A DNA stretch of 64,000 bases from Octopus vulgaris (Eukaryota). Under the pieces are notes generated by a model. The model made no database searches, was not told where the DNA came from, and saw only the letters and a program-made list of their open reading frames with translations. This document shows positions 39,676 to 54,078 of this stretch, one piece after another. Each line of letters starts with the position of its first letter. Position 1 is the first letter of the stretch. The stretch is from NCBI GenBank assembly GCA_951406725.2, contig OX597819.1, positions 90,086,001 to 90,150,000 on the forward strand. Direction: 5' to 3'. Both the position numbers and the translations under genes were made by a program.

Positions 39676-39800
39676 TACGCATACACGCACACACACACAC
39701 ACACACACAGACACACACACACACACACACACATATACAGTGTCTGGAGTCTTTGGTTAAGTGGGACAAAGTAATTTGGTTTGCCCAAAATTTTACACAG

Positions 39801-40207
39801 GGCGCAGGAGTGGCTGTGTGGTAAGTAGCTTGCTTACCAACCACATGGTTCCAGGTTCAGTCCCACTGCGTGGCATGTTGGGCAAGTGTCTTCTACTATA
39901 GCCTCGTGCCGACCAAAGCCTTGTGAGTGGATTTGGTAGACGGAAACTGAAAGAAGCCCGTCGTATATATGTATATATATATATGTGTGTGTGTATGTTT
40001 GTGTGTCTGTGTTTGTCCCCCTAGCATTGCTTGACAACCGATGCTGGTGTGTTTACGTCGCCGTCACTTAGCGGTTCAGCAAAAGAGACCGATAGAATAA
40101 GTATAGGACTTACAAAAAATAAGTCCTGGGGTCGATTTGCTCGACTAAAGGCAGTGCTCCAGCATGGCTGCAGTCAAATGACTGAAACAAGTAAAAGAGT
40201 AAAGAGT
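39801..40207 (+). mobile_element. SINE family A, full length
   Basis: Complete head to aaaagagt tail. Confidence 0.95.
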
Positions 40208-40249
40208 AGATAAAAATCTGAATACTAATTCCTGTTGAAATTACTTTTT

Positions 40250-42050
40250 ATCAGCCATCAATACACAGATAGTCCAAATCACACAATGTATACCCTAAAA
40301 GAAATATTGCATCCTGTGTTTTTTTTTCAACAACAAAAATGTCAATTGTATGTTCATCATATTTGGCCAACTGTTTGTGCCATTGCAATCTTCATATTTG
40401 TTTCCACATATCTTCATGCATCTGCTTATGTGGAAGGAAAGCTCAGCACAGCATAATAAAATGGCTATGGATGCCAAGGTACCAGTGGTTTTATAGAAGA
40501 CTGGTTGTATCCTATGAAGATTACTCCTGTTAACAGTTCAGCCAAGCAAGTACTTGCGTATCTTGTGAATGCCTATGATCCATGAAAAACTTTGGATAGA
40601 TTACGTTTTCTACTTTTAGGTTATCCAAATCAACATTATTATGTAATGCAATAAGTTGATGGTGCTCATCTAAGTATTTTGACTCTCCAGCATTGCAAAT
40701 AACAAAGTTATTATTCACATGTGTTTTGGTCATTACCATGAAATCATGAGCCCATTTCCACACTAACTTTTACTGAAATTAAACTGAAATTATAGGAGGA
40801 TATATGATAGAAACCTTTCATCCGGTTTGAATGCATGGCACTTATGTTACTGAATCACCAACCAATGCTTTCTTGAATTACAATTATGTGATGCGAATGA
40901 TTTCTTTGATAGTTCCACCCAACTTTTTAGTGTATTTCCAAGTGTCTAGTTGTTAAAGTGTCTATATGATCTCCCTGGAGGTATTTTTTGCAGCAGTTTG
41001 TGTTTGTATTATTTTCAGCACAACCAATCCAATTAAGAAGTCAAAATCTCACATGGCATTCAATAATGCAATACTACCAGTATTTATTTTGGGGATATCG
41101 ATCATTTATCAGGTCAAAAAATGTCCATATGATATAAGATAACTGCTCTTACATGGCTCTTACTTCTTTGTGGCTACAAGACCACTTTGTTATATAATGA
41201 GAGAGATGTGTCTGAAGTTTGTTCTCTATCAACCATGGTGCCTTTGAAGAGTGCTTGTCTTTTGGAGTTTGCTTCTAGAAAGCTGCAGAGTTACTGAATC
41301 TGCTGTTGTGTCTTGAATAGTAAGTAAGATTTAGAAAATGCCCATACCAGAGACACAGAAGGCAAGCAGAATGGACTCTTTTATTTTTGTTGCCAAATCG
41401 CTATAAATGCAGTTCTTGTTTGCTGTAACAACAAAACATTTTTCAACAATTTCGTCAAATTTCAGCTCCAGCTTCCTCAATACATTTTTGGTTAACTCAT
41501 ACAAAAAATTTCCTTCCATAGACAGAGTTATATAAAAATGGAAAAGCTCCTTGATTTCTCTTCAATAATAATTCTGCAGCATATTCCAACTTGCTCATCA
41601 CTGCTGTTTCAACAATAATAATAATAGAATATCCCAAACACTTCAACACATCTTTTGTCATGATGGCTAACACAGACTCAGCTAATAGGTGAAGTCTGCT
41701 GTATGTGTGCATTTAACTGACTTTTCAGTTTTTCTCTCACCTAGGGAGATTAATAATGGAAATTTCATCAAAATTACTCCACTTCTATGCATGACCCAGC
41801 TGAGTTTTGTTGTGTAGTGAACTATAAGGTTTCAATAATATTTTCCTGAACTTTCAGTTTCATGCTACATCAACACCTTGTTTTGTGTTTGCTCATTACT
41901 CTATTCATTTCATCACAATCTGCTGATGACAATTTCTCTGCTTTTAAGAGCTAGATTTTTTTAAATTTTATTTTTTGTTTGTTTTAGCTTTTAAAAATAA
42001 GTGTCGCTATGTATGAACATTTTGCATGGTTTTCCATGATGATATCAAGT
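40250..42050 (-). pseudogene. hAT transposase fossil (ZMYM1/Tip100-like)
   Basis: Broken minus-strand frames read YSIIIIVETAVMSKLE (compare FSIIADETTDIS), LATKIKESILLAF, AFLEANSKRQALFK and ALLNAM*DFDFLIGLVVLKII, in hAT order with many stops. Confidence 0.6.
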
Positions 42051-43433
42051 GTACATAGTTTGGATTAGGTGTCTGGCAAGAATAGTACACACATTCGGGA
42101 GTGCAACCCATGTAGTGCTGATCAACATTATTATAAATAGATTTTAGAGCTAGCAAGATTAGCTTTACATCCCTCAAGCTTGTACCTTGTCACACCAAAA
42201 TTAAATTCGGAAACATTAAAAAGCTCCAGGATTTCCTGTAATTAAATTGTTTTTTTAAAAAGGGAAAGCATCCACATTTTTGCTGTTGACCCATTGCTTT
42301 GATCAGTCCCGCACCATCCTTGGTTCCAGCATCTTGGTCCCATGGGATAAAGGTATAGAGACAGTGAAAGGTGTATTCTATTGAAGTATAGTGTTAGGTA
42401 TCCAAACTATTGAGACCAACCTGAGGAACGCTGCAGTTGAGGACTAAGATAAGTTTTAATTATGATCAAATAGCTTGCAATTTTTAATCTTGATACGGCT
42501 TTGGTACTAGGTCAGAGAAAGAAGTTTTTGCCAGTGATCAGTGAGAGGCCATGTCTGCTGTATCACTTGATGATAAGCAATAACTACTCTTCAGAGCCCT
42601 TGAACTCTCTAATGAACAAAAATGGATTGTAACAAGTGAGTTAGCTTGGAGAAATAGTTGACATTGGGTTAATTCTGGTACACCTGTAAAAAAACAAACA
42701 AATAGGGGTTATCAATTTAAGAAGGATATTTCATCATTATCCATTTGGGTGACTTGCCTGGACCAATAAATCATGTTGGTCTTTTGATAACTGAATGTCT
42801 CATCTGCCCAGATCATCACTACACATGACAGCAGTAGTTTGCTAATTGAACTGGTTGGTCCTGGCTATACTCAGTTTCTTGACTGTTCATCCACTCACCT
42901 TTTAATGGTATTCACCATTGACCTAATAAGTTCATTTGTTGAAATAGTTCACATCCACCATGTTGCATCTCATGATTTCAGCCATCTGTGGCTCAAGTGG
43001 TTACATGTTATTTTACCCATAGATGGGTAAAATCTTGACAGGTGTTACTATTTGGAGTCAGAGCAAATCTGGGAACATCAGTGACTAAGAGGTGGTTCCA
43101 CACTCCTCAAAACTCTGGATCTCCTGAACCAGAGTCCCATTACCAGATGCAATTTAACAAGAAAATTGGTTAACTATTTAATGTCATCCAGTTTGCTACT
43201 ATTGATAATTTGTAAATCTTGCTTTCTTTACTCTATTTTCTTTTATTCTAGCTTTACTTGAATTTTCTCCACAGCTTTGTCTGAGTTTGGGAAGGCAGTT
43301 GCCTCCTCTCTGTTCCTCAACCAATATGTCCATTAAACAATATCAACAATAATAATAATAAGGATTATTACGAAGTAAACATTTGGAGTAATCTCTTGCT
43401 ATTTACAAATATACAAATATATATATATATATA

Positions 43434-44346
43434 TAGGATCATCCCATAGATAATGTGGGTTTTTTTCAATTGCATGAACTAAAAGTCGGAGAGGGACAGG
43501 ATAAACTACCTGCATCAACTTACTATAAAAGTAGTAGTAATTTCACCTTGTACATATTCTTAGTACAAGTTTTGAAGAGTGCAGTTCGATTTTAACAGTT
43601 ATTTTTTCAAAGCTATAATGGAATTGACAAAGGAGCATATTTGGCATTATGAGTTCAACAAAGGCGACAAAGCAATGGAAAGTGCAAGGAATATTAATGC
43701 AGTATATGGGGATCAGACAATAAGTGTAAACCAGTGTCGTTGGTGGTTCCAGAAATTCTGAGCCAGAAACTACAGCCTAGAAGACAAGCCCATCCTGGAA
43801 GATCAGTAAAGCTCAACAAAGACATCCTGCAAACACTAGTGGAATAAAATCCCATTGTAACTGTTGAGGAACTAGCAGAGAAGCTCGAATTTGGTCATTT
43901 AACCAGTCATTTGAATCAGTGCTAGAAGAAGAACAAAAATCTTTAATTTCAAGACAAAAGGTGTTCTTCTATCAGGATAAAGCTTGGCCACATACAGCGA
44001 GGATGACATTCCAAAGGTTGGAGCAGTTTGAATGGGAAACGATGCCCCACCTAACACCCACCATATTCGCTAGATATTATCCCATCTGATTATCATTTAT
44101 ACCACAGTCTTCAAAATCATTTGGATGGAAAAAACATGATTTCTGTAGACGAGGTTAGAACAGTACTGGAGAAGTACTTTTCATCACAAACAAGTGAATT
44201 TTAGAAGAGGGGCCTTGCAAGTTTACCAGATAGATGGAAGAAAATGATGAAGAGTATATTTTAGATTAAAAAAGAACTTTGTTTATCTTAATTTAAAAAA
44301 TGAAAAAAAAGTATAAAAACACCACATTATTTATGGGATGACCCAA
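43434..44346 (+). mobile_element. Mariner with internal deletion
   Basis: TIRs taggatcatcccatagataatgtgg / ccacattatttatgggatgacccaa in (TA)n. Motifs MELTKEHIWHYEFNKG, WWFQKF, FYQDKAWPH and PPYSLDIIPSDYHL. Confidence 0.95.
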
Positions 44347-44554
44347 TATATATATATTTGGTTGTCTGTTCCTCTTTATATACATCTATCTGTCCACCTC
44401 TTTATTAGCCAATTTATTGGTCTCTCAATTGTCTGTATATTAGCCTGCCTGACTAATCTGTTTCTCACTCTATTTACCTTGCCCTGTTTGTCTATCTTTC
44501 TGTGTGTCTGTCTCCCACGGTTTGTTTAATGATCTTACTGGCTATCTAAACGAC

Positions 44555-44580
44555 AGTCTATCTATCTATCTATCATATCC

Positions 44581-44639
<59 letters not shown>

Positions 44640-44661
44640 ATATCTATCTATCTATCTATCA

Positions 44662-44697
<36 letters not shown>

Positions 44698-44698
44698 A

Positions 44699-44742
<44 letters not shown>

Positions 44743-44890
44743 ATATCTGTCTGTCTGTCTATCTATCTATCTATCATATGTCTTTCTATCTATCTATCTA
44801 TCTATCTTTCTATCTATCTATCTATCTATCTATCATATCTATCTATCATATCTATCAATCTATCTATCATATCTATCTATCTATCAGCCA
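44555..44890. repeat. (TCTA)n microsatellite
   Basis: Direct reading. Confidence 0.95.
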
Positions 44891-45599
44891 GTCTGTCTTT
44901 CTGCCTGTTTGTCTGTCTCTCTCTCCCCATCTTTCTCTCTGACAATTTGTCTGTAGATCTGTCTATTTGTATGTCTATTTTCTAGTGCACATATGCACAT
45001 GTATATTTACATTCTAATTTTAACACATGCACACAGGTTCGAATTTTTAGTCATTATATTTTTCTAAAATGATCTCTAAAATAAAATCTATGTACTTCAA
45101 ATGCATAAGGAACTTCGGAATTTTTCACGAGAATCCAGTCTTTGTAAGAGATGAAGCCTGAGTGAGCACCAAAAATATTCATAATCTATCGCAAACATTA
45201 CGACATCGAACGAAAGTAAACAAATATGATAATAGTAACGGAAGATGTATGTGTTGCTAGGTACATAACTTCACATGTATTCAATTAATGAAATCATGGA
45301 TACAGAGGCAGCGTCCAGAAAGAGGGAAATATAAGGCAATGCAAACACTGAAACAAAAAGAACCTGTATGATTATACTAGCAGGAGTATGTTTATGTGCA
45401 TGCTTGTGTGTGTATGTGTGTAGTATATGTATCTATATATTGTATGTATATATATGTGTGTATGTGTGTGTATATATATATTTTTATATATATATGTATA
45501 AATGTATACATATGCACACACAAATATATAACTGTATAATAATGTATCATAATAATATACATTTTCTAAATTGATGTCTTTCTGGTTTCTTTACAAATA

Positions 45600-45633
45600 T
45601 TATATGCATTATATATTTGTGTATGTATGTATG

Positions 45634-45688
<55 letters not shown>

Positions 45689-45941
45689 GTGTGTGTGTGT
45701 GTGTATATATATATGTGTGTGTGTATATATGTATATATATATATATGGATGTAAATATATGTGTGTGTGTGTGTATATATGTATATATATATGGAAGTAT
45801 ATATATATATGTGTGTGTGTGTATATATGTATATATATATATATGGAAGTATATATATATATGTGTGTGTGTGTGTATATATGTATATATATATATATGG
45901 ATGTATATATCTATGTGTGTATATATGTACATATATATATG

Positions 45942-45996
<55 letters not shown>

Positions 45997-46374
45997 GTGT
46001 ATGTATGTGTATGTATGTATGTGTATGTATGTGTATGTATGTATGTGTATGTATGTATGTATATATGTGTATGTATGTATGTATATATATGTATGTAAGT
46101 ATATATATAAATATGTATGTATGTACATATAAGTATGTTTGCATATGTATGTATATATGTATGTATATATATGTACGTATGTATATAAATATGTATGTAT
46201 ATATATATATGTATGTACGTATGTATATAAATATGTATGTATATATATATATATATATATATGTATGTACGTATGTATATAAATATGTATGTATATATAT
46301 ACATAAAGTATGTACGTATGTATATAAATATGTATGTATATGTGTATATATATATATGTGTGTGTATGTATATA

Positions 46375-46419
<45 letters not shown>

Positions 46420-46800
46420 ATGTATATATGTATATATGTATGTATATATATATATATATGTATGTATGTATGTATATATGTATGTATATATATATATATG
46501 TATGTATATATGTATATATGTATGTATATATATATATATGTATGTATATATGTATATATGTATGTATATATGTATATATATGTATGTATATATGTATATA
46601 TGTATGTATATATGTATATATATGTATGTATATATGTATATATGTATGTATATATGTATATATATATATGTATATATATATATGTATATATATATATGTA
46701 TATATATATATGTATATGTGTATATATATATGTATGTATATGTGTATATATATGTATGTATGTATATATATATATGTATATGTAGGTATATATTTATATA
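45600..46800. repeat. 1.2-kb (TA)/(TG)/(TATG) microsatellite field
   Basis: Source of the 397-aa and 300-aa Y/I/V/C/M ORFs. Confidence 0.95.
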
Positions 46801-47825
46801 TCATCATCATCATCGTTTAACTTCCACTTTCCATACTGGCATGGGTTGGATGGTTTGACTGAAGACTGGTGTGCCAGAGGCTGCACCAGGCTCAATCTCA
46901 TCTGGCAAAGTTTCTACAGCTGGACACCCTTCCTAATGCCAACCACTCCGAGAGTGTAGTGGGTGCTTTTATGTGCCACTAGCACGAGGGCCAGTCAGGC
47001 AGTTCTAGCAATGACCATGCTCAAACAGTGTTTTTTATGTGCTCCTGCACGGGAGCCAGTCCAGTGGCACTGGCAACAACCATGCTCGAATGTTGCTTTT
47101 CATGTGCCAGTAAGGCGACACTAGCAACAATCACACTCGAATGGTGCTTTTTATGTGCCACCAGCACAGGAGCCACTCCGTGGCCCTGGCAACAATCATG
47201 CTCAGATGTGCTTTTAATGTTCCACTGGCACAAGTACCAATCAGGTGGTACTGTCATTGGCAATATCAGCGATTTTGATTTGTTTTCACTTACCTCAATA
47301 GGTCTTCACAAGCAAAGTTCATTGTCCAATGAATGAGGTGAACTCATAAGTGGGCCGATTACACCCCACATTCGGATGTGCTTTTAATGTTCCACTAGCA
47401 CGAGTGCCAATCAGGCAGTACTGTCATTGGCCAGGTCAGCAATTTTGATTTTGATTTCACTTGCCTCAATAGGTCTTCGCAAGCAAAGTTAATTGTCCAA
47501 TGAATGAGGGGTATCCATAAGTGGGTTGGTTACACCCACTGGCATGGGCCACAGGCTATGGTCTCACTTGGCTTGTTGGGTTTTCTCAAGCACAGCATAT
47601 CTCCAAAGGTCTCGGTCACAATCATTGCCTCGCTAAGGCCCAATGTTCAAAGGTTTTCCTGGGTCTACCTCTTCCATAGGTTCCCTCAACAGCTAGGGTG
47701 TGACACTTTTTCACACAGCTGTCCTCATTCATTCACAGCACATGACCATATCAGCGCAGTCATCTCTCTTGCACACCACATCTGATGCTTCTTAAATCCA
47801 ACTTTTCTCTCAGAGTGCTTACACA
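46801..47825 (-). mobile_element. RTE-type LINE 3' fragment with internal 170-bp duplication
   Basis: 47560-47825 is the reverse complement of 52300-52600. Duplicated blocks start near 47203 and 47373, and a (CAT)n tail is at 46801. Confidence 0.8.
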
Positions 47826-47873
47826 CAACAGAATATTCTGTTAAAATGTCTTATTGACGAGTTTCATTCTTCA

Positions 47874-47947
47874 TTTCCCTGAAGAGAAGATTACATTGTT
47901 TTACACAAATTTATAATACCAGTGATATTTATGAAACGTGTCAGAAG
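47874..47947 (+). ncRNA. Type-I hammerhead-like motif with intact catalytic core
   Basis: tttcc-CTGAAGA-[47-nt AT-rich, decayed stem II]-GAAAC-GT-GTC-agaag. It has a canonical GUC triplet, and stem I is restored by one A>G at a CpG. It lies in a module of about 310 bp ending at (TA)n. Confidence 0.6.
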
Positions 47948-48141
47948 GAAAAGAATTTGAATAACACCTGCGTTTAACTCTATTTATAGATATTATACAA
48001 AATAGTTCAAGTAAACCTGGAGTTTCTACCTTTAAAAACAAGGAGTTACAACCTTTTTATTTGTGCAATTTTTTGCTACCCTAGTAACTATTTACCTATT
48101 TTTTCGGTGTTAATTATTAACAAGGGAAAAATACACACAAC

Positions 48142-48168
48142 TATATATATATATATATATATATGATG

Positions 48169-48234
<66 letters not shown>

Positions 48235-48341
48235 ATATGTGTGTATGTGTGTGTATATGTGTGTGTATGTGTGTGTATATGTGTGTGTATATGTGTGTGT
48301 GTGTATATATATGTGTGTATGTATATATGTGTGTGTGTATG

Positions 48342-48372
<31 letters not shown>

Positions 48373-48405
48373 GTATAAATATATGTATGTATATATATAT
48401 GTATG

Positions 48406-48444
<39 letters not shown>

Positions 48445-48551
48445 GTGTATTTATGTATGTATATATATGTGTATATATGTATGTATATATATGTGTGTTT
48501 ATATGTATATATATATGTGTGTTTATATGTATATATATGTGTGTATATATT

Positions 48552-48588
<37 letters not shown>

Positions 48589-48662
48589 ATGTGTGTATAT
48601 ATTTATATATATATATATATGTATATATATATTTATGTATATATAGATATATATTTATATAT
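48142..48662. repeat. (TA)/(TG) microsatellite field
   Basis: Direct reading. Confidence 0.95.
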
Positions 48663-48665
48663 ACA

Positions 48666-49399
48666 CAGTGGGGGGAAATAAATAAATAAATAATTTTGAC
48701 ATGTACAAATATTTAATTTCTAATGAACATAAATGGGATATACCAATACTATATTTGCATACACATACATAAACTAAGAATATGCAAAGGAAACTAATAA
48801 ATTATAGTAACTAAGGAATTTATATACAATTATAAATACTTAGGGGTGAAAAAAAGTATTCGTACAGAACATAAATTACTGATAATTCTGATTTAATACT
48901 TCGTAGCATAACCATTATTGAGTTCCACTTCAACCAATCTCTTCTTGTAGTTCTTAATCAATGATTCGCATGTTTCTTTAGGAATTTCTTCCCATTCTTC
49001 TTGACAAATTTTCTTCAAATCTGCAATGCATGTTGGGGCTCTTGAATGAATTTTAATTTTCAAATAATGTCACAAATTTTCAATGGGGTTCAAGTCAGGT
49101 GATTGGCTTGGCCATTCTAATAATTTTATATTGTGATCGACAATCCATTTTTTGGTAGACTTCGCTGTGTGTTTAGGGTCGTTATCCTGTTGTAAAACCC
49201 ACCCTTTACAAAGCTAGAGCTTTTCTACAGCGTCCCATAAATTATTGTTCAAAATATTTTGGTACATCTCTGCATTCATTCTACCATCTATCACATGTAA
49301 ATTGCCAGTACCATTTGCAGAGAAACACCCCCACACCATGATGTTGCCACCTTCAAACTTTACGGTAGGAATTGTGTTTTTTGGTGAATATGTATATTC
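48666..49399 (-). mobile_element. Tc1 (DD34E) element, 3' half
   Basis: [24 protein letters not shown]...[12 protein letters not shown]...[14 protein letters not shown]...GYATKY* (stop at 48893-48895), with terminus cagtggggggaaataa. Cut by a SINE at 49401. Confidence 0.95.
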
Positions 49400-49400
49400 A

Positions 49401-49563
49401 GGCGCAGGAGTGGCTGTGTGGTAAGTAGCTTGCTTACCAACCACATGGTTCCAAGTTCAGTCCCACTGCGGGACACCTTGGGCAAGTGTCTTCTATTATA
49501 GCCTTGGGCCGACCAAAGCCTTGTGAGTGGATTTGGTAGACGGAAATTGAAAGAAGCCCGTCG

Positions 49564-49596
<33 letters not shown>

Positions 49597-49805
49597 CTGT
49601 GTTTGTGTTTGTCCCCCTAACATTGCTTGACAACCAATACTGGTGTGTTTATGTCCCTGTCACTTAACGGTTCGGCAAAAGAGACCGATTGAATAAGTAC
49701 TGGGCTTACAAAGAATAAGTCCCGGGGTCGAGTTGCTCGATTAAAGGTGGCGCTCCAGCATGGCCACAGTCAAATGACTGAAACAAGTAAAAGAGTAAAG
49801 AGAGC
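49401..49805 (+). mobile_element. SINE family A, full length
   Basis: Complete copy. Confidence 0.95.
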
Positions 49806-50049
49806 ACTGTGCATATGCATACATAATGCTTACACATGTATGCATGTATGTATATATCTATATATATGTATGCATTCATCCATACAAGAAATATTGATTT
49901 CAAATTTTGGTACAAGGCCAGCAAGTTTGTGGGAAGAAGCTAGTCAATTACATCAACCTCAAAAGGATGAAAGGCAAAGTCTACCCCAATGGCATTTGAA
50001 ACATACAAAAAATATTGACAGGAAAAGTAGCCTCTTCATGGCCTCTGGT

Positions 50050-51240
50050 AGACACATCTTAGAAGGCTACACACCTTTGCTATCCAGAAATAGAAGATAG
50101 CTACTAGATAAAAATAAGAGAGGTAAGAAAGCTTCTAAGCCTCCACATTGTAATTCAAAATAGATGTTAACTGTGCCAGAATGATTGATGTCATCCACAT
50201 CATTAGCAGCTGTTCAAAAATGCCTCAAAAGTACTACCTTCTCATCAGACATGACATTATTGCTAAAAACCATGTATAGAGCTGTTCACAAAAAGCATTG
50301 TTCAAATGGTTATACCAAAGGCACACTAAGCCAAAAAATTAATAATGTAGGTCAGTGGTTAATGCTATTACCTGGTATTTCAGTGATAGGATCCCTTCTT
50401 CAGGAAATCTATGAAGAAGAGATGTTGGTAGCTAACTTCTCTACTCTGTAGTGTGTGGACATGAAGAGTTGTCTTGCATTGCTATAGCAGCCAATTAGTT
50501 GCATGTAGATTGAATCTGTTATTAATTTGTGGGCTGTACTTGATAATTAAAATAGCTTCTTTTATTCTTAAGTTTCCAGTGTTTCTTTCTGTAGCTTCAG
50601 TTGAAACTTGGATGTCTTGGGTGAGGACTTTTCATTAGTGTTTTTTGAGCAAAGAAGCATTAGCATAGAGGTGTTCTTTAAGCCATATGTGAACTCGTCT
50701 GATGGTATTTCCACTGTAAAATTCATTACATTTGCTACCCATGATTTTATACACTATAAGACTATAGGCACATGTTTTCATCATTGATCAGGCAGTTGGG
50801 CAATGTACATAAGGTATTGTTTCATCTTGGCCTGTTTTTAGGTAGGACCCTCCTCAGGGAAGGGCTAGAATGTGCCAATCATATATTCAATCACTCCTTA
50901 CAGATTGCACAGTGAACAGCATCAGTTTTTTTTTGTTTTTTTGGGGTTTTTTTACGAAATGTGGCCCTCTTCCTTCCAATCTTTCAAAAATTTATCCCTT
51001 AGTTTTTATGGCTCTGTATACTTTGCTATTCTACCTTTTACATCACCTTGCATCTCGCTGACATCTTGCACTAGTCACAGACCTGGCCTGTAGCCTGAAG
51101 TAGATTGTTGCCCATCTATACTATAAGTCTCCATTTCCTTCTCACTAGAGTATGCATTAACTAAAACTTTGCTGAATCTGTGAATGCTGAGGACGCTTTC
51201 ATTTCCATTCTCTCCTGGAGAAGGAAGACATTGAAGTTGA
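50050..51240 (-). mobile_element. Very old LINE relic (RTE-like)
   Basis: Faint motifs EMETYSID (endonuclease start) and HLFFIDFLKK (compare FIDFxKAFD); otherwise riddled with stops. Confidence 0.35.
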
Positions 51241-51956
51241 ATATGTGTATGATTGAGTCTCTCTCTCTCTCTCACACATGCATGCACACACATACATACA
51301 CACACACACACTGAACCTGGAACCATGTGGTTTGGAAGCAAGCTTCTTACCACACAGTCACGCCTGTGCCATATAATATATTTATATATAATACCCCTAC
51401 ACACACTCACACACATGGTAGGCTTCCACTCAGTTTCCATCTACCAAGTTCACTGTCAAAACATTGGTTGACCTGGAGCTAAAGACATTTACCCACAAGC
51501 CAAAAACCACATGGTTACAAAACAGGCTTCTTGACCACACACAAAAAGAATAAAAATGATAAAAAAAAAGAAGAAACCTATAATAGTACATGTAGCTCAT
51601 ACAGATAGACAGATATATGTATTGAGAGATTGATTAGTTTACATAAAAGTAAATATTGTAAAGTGGATTAGTTGAAGTGTTCATAATGTAATTACATATG
51701 TATTTATGTATGAATTTACTTTCTTCTCTATATCAGTACATCTGATTAAATGCTTGTCCTTCTGTTGCATTGTCTATCTACATTCTGTCTATATATCTGT
51801 CTAATTGTCTCTGTTTAAACTTAACTGTCTGTTTATCTACCTACCTAAGTATTATCTGTCATCTCTAATATTCTCTGCTTTGTGTGATGGTAATGATGAA
51901 GATCTCTGTCATTGTATCTGTATATATCATCATCACCATCATCATTATCATCATCA

Positions 51957-52845
51957 GGGGCAATAAACACTGAAGATGTATAGAAAACAGATTCCATCAC
52001 ATGCCAAGGAGAAAAACTAGAAGTAGTTGATAGCTTCTGCTACCTAGGTGACCAAGCCTATAGTGGGGGTAGTTACTCTGAGAGTATAGCAGCTAGAATA
52101 AGAATAGCCTGAGTAAAGTTCAGGGAGCTCCTACCTCTGCTGGCAACTAAGCGCCTCTCCTCAGGATGAAAGGTAGACTGTATGATGCATGTGTGCAAAG
52201 TCCCATACTACACAGCAGTGAAACATGGGCACTGACTGCTGAGGACATGTGTAGGCTTGAAAGAAATAAAGCTTGTATGATCCGCAGGGTGTGTAATGTC
52301 ACAAAAGAGAGAAAAGTTGGACATAAGAAGCATCAAATGTGGTGTGCAAGAGAGACAAGTGCTCTTGTATGGTCAAGTGCTCTAGTATGGTCATGTGTTA
52401 TGTATGGATGAGGACAGCTGTATGAGGAAGTGCCACACTCTAACTGTGGAAGGAACCTATATAAGAGTTAGACCCAGGAAAATACAGGATGAGGTGGTGA
52501 AGCATGTCCTTCAAACATTGGACCTCACAGAGGCAATGACAGGAGACTGAGATCTTTGGAGACATGCTGTGATTGAGAAGACCTGGCAACTAAAGTGAGA
52601 TCATAGCCATGGCTGATGCCAGTGTTGTATGTCTGGCCCATTTAAGAGTACACTTGAGGCATCAGGCGATATAATATGCTTGAGAAGACCTGTTGAGTCA
52701 AGTAAAACCAAAATTAAAATTGTTGCTGTGGCCAGTGCCCTCATAATGGCTCCTGTTCTGGTGGCATGTAAAATGCATCATCTGAACATGGTCAATACCC
52801 GTGTCCCCTGACTGGCTCCCGTGCACATGACACGTAAAAAACACT
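51957..52845 (+). mobile_element. RTE-type LINE, RT C-terminus and 3' UTR
   Basis: EKLEVVDSFCYLGDQ...SIAARIRIA*VKFRELLPLL...KGRLYDACVQSPILHSSETWAL...RLERN, followed by the gtggca..taaaa repeats. Confidence 0.9.
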
Positions 52846-53689
52846 AATTAACTTAATATAAGCTTCAAATTCAGCCTCTTACACTTACCCTACAATGTCA
52901 TTCTAAAAATAAACAATTACATCGCATCATCAAAATCTTGAAGCTACAAATCAAGCATGTTTAGATCAAAACAGTGTGAATCAATAAGCATTACATTTGA
53001 TAGAGTTATCTGAATGCTAAAGGGTTAGAATGAAGATCATATTGTCTGATATAGTTTGCACATAAAAGAAAGAAAGGAGAAAGAGATTTGCAATGTTTTT
53101 CATTATTGTTTGATTATGACTGATCTAAGAGAAAACCAATAACAACACTTAAGCACATGCCTTGTAGTTTATGAAAGAAGTGAATTTTTTTTTAAATGGG
53201 AAATATTTATTTATTGAATATACTTAATATTTTTTTAATTATTAGCTATTTGCATGACTAATAATAATTGCTGACTTTTAGGGCTAATTTTCACTTTTTT
53301 CTCTCCAAAGTACATAAGATATAAGCTAGGGACAAACTGGGTTTGATTCAGTTCATCATATCCCTCTGTTAGGTGGTCAAGTGGATGAGTCTTTTGAGTG
53401 TCAGATTGCTTTACAATAATTGTTCTGCTCTCTGCACTCTGAGTTCAAATCTTGCCATGGTCACATTTGCCTTTTGTTCTTTTGGAGCCAATAGAGTACC
53501 ATTCCTTATCTGGAGCTAATTCTTCTCTTTCTTTCTGGCTGACTCTTTCTCTCCTGAAAGAAATTGACTGTAGTTTAACCTGGGAAAGGCTGGGTTCCAC
53601 CAGGTTTAAAATGTCCAAGAAATGCCATCTGTTCTGATAAGGGGCCATGGGATGACATGGCACATCTCTACAGATAAGTAACATTATGT

Positions 53690-54078
53690 CTCTCTTTACT
53701 CTTTTACTTGTTTCAGTCATTTGACTGCGGCCATGCTGGAGCACCGCCTTTAGTCGAGCAAATCGACCTCGGGACTTATTCTTTGTAAGCCCAGTACTTA
53801 TTCTATCGGTCTCTTTTGCCAAACCGCTAAATGTGACGGGGACGTAAACACACCAGCATCGGTTGTCAAGCAATGCTAGGGGGACAAACACAGACACACA
53901 TATATATACATATATACGACAGGCTTCATCAGTTTCCGTCTACCAAATCCACTCACAAGGCATTGGTCGGCCCGAGGCTATAGCAGAAGACACTTGCCCA
54001 AGATGCCACGCAGTGGGACTGAACCCGGAACCATGTGGTTGATTAGCAAGCTACTTACCACACAGCCACTCCTGCGCC
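53690..54078 (-). mobile_element. SINE family A, young full-length copy
   Basis: Reverse complement nearly identical to 28608-29030. Confidence 0.95.

Noticed and set aside
45547-46858. Long ORFs up to 397 aa (also 34669-35347 and 48163-48689)
   Set aside because: These are translations of TA/TG microsatellites, open in several frames on both strands, with no protein-like composition.
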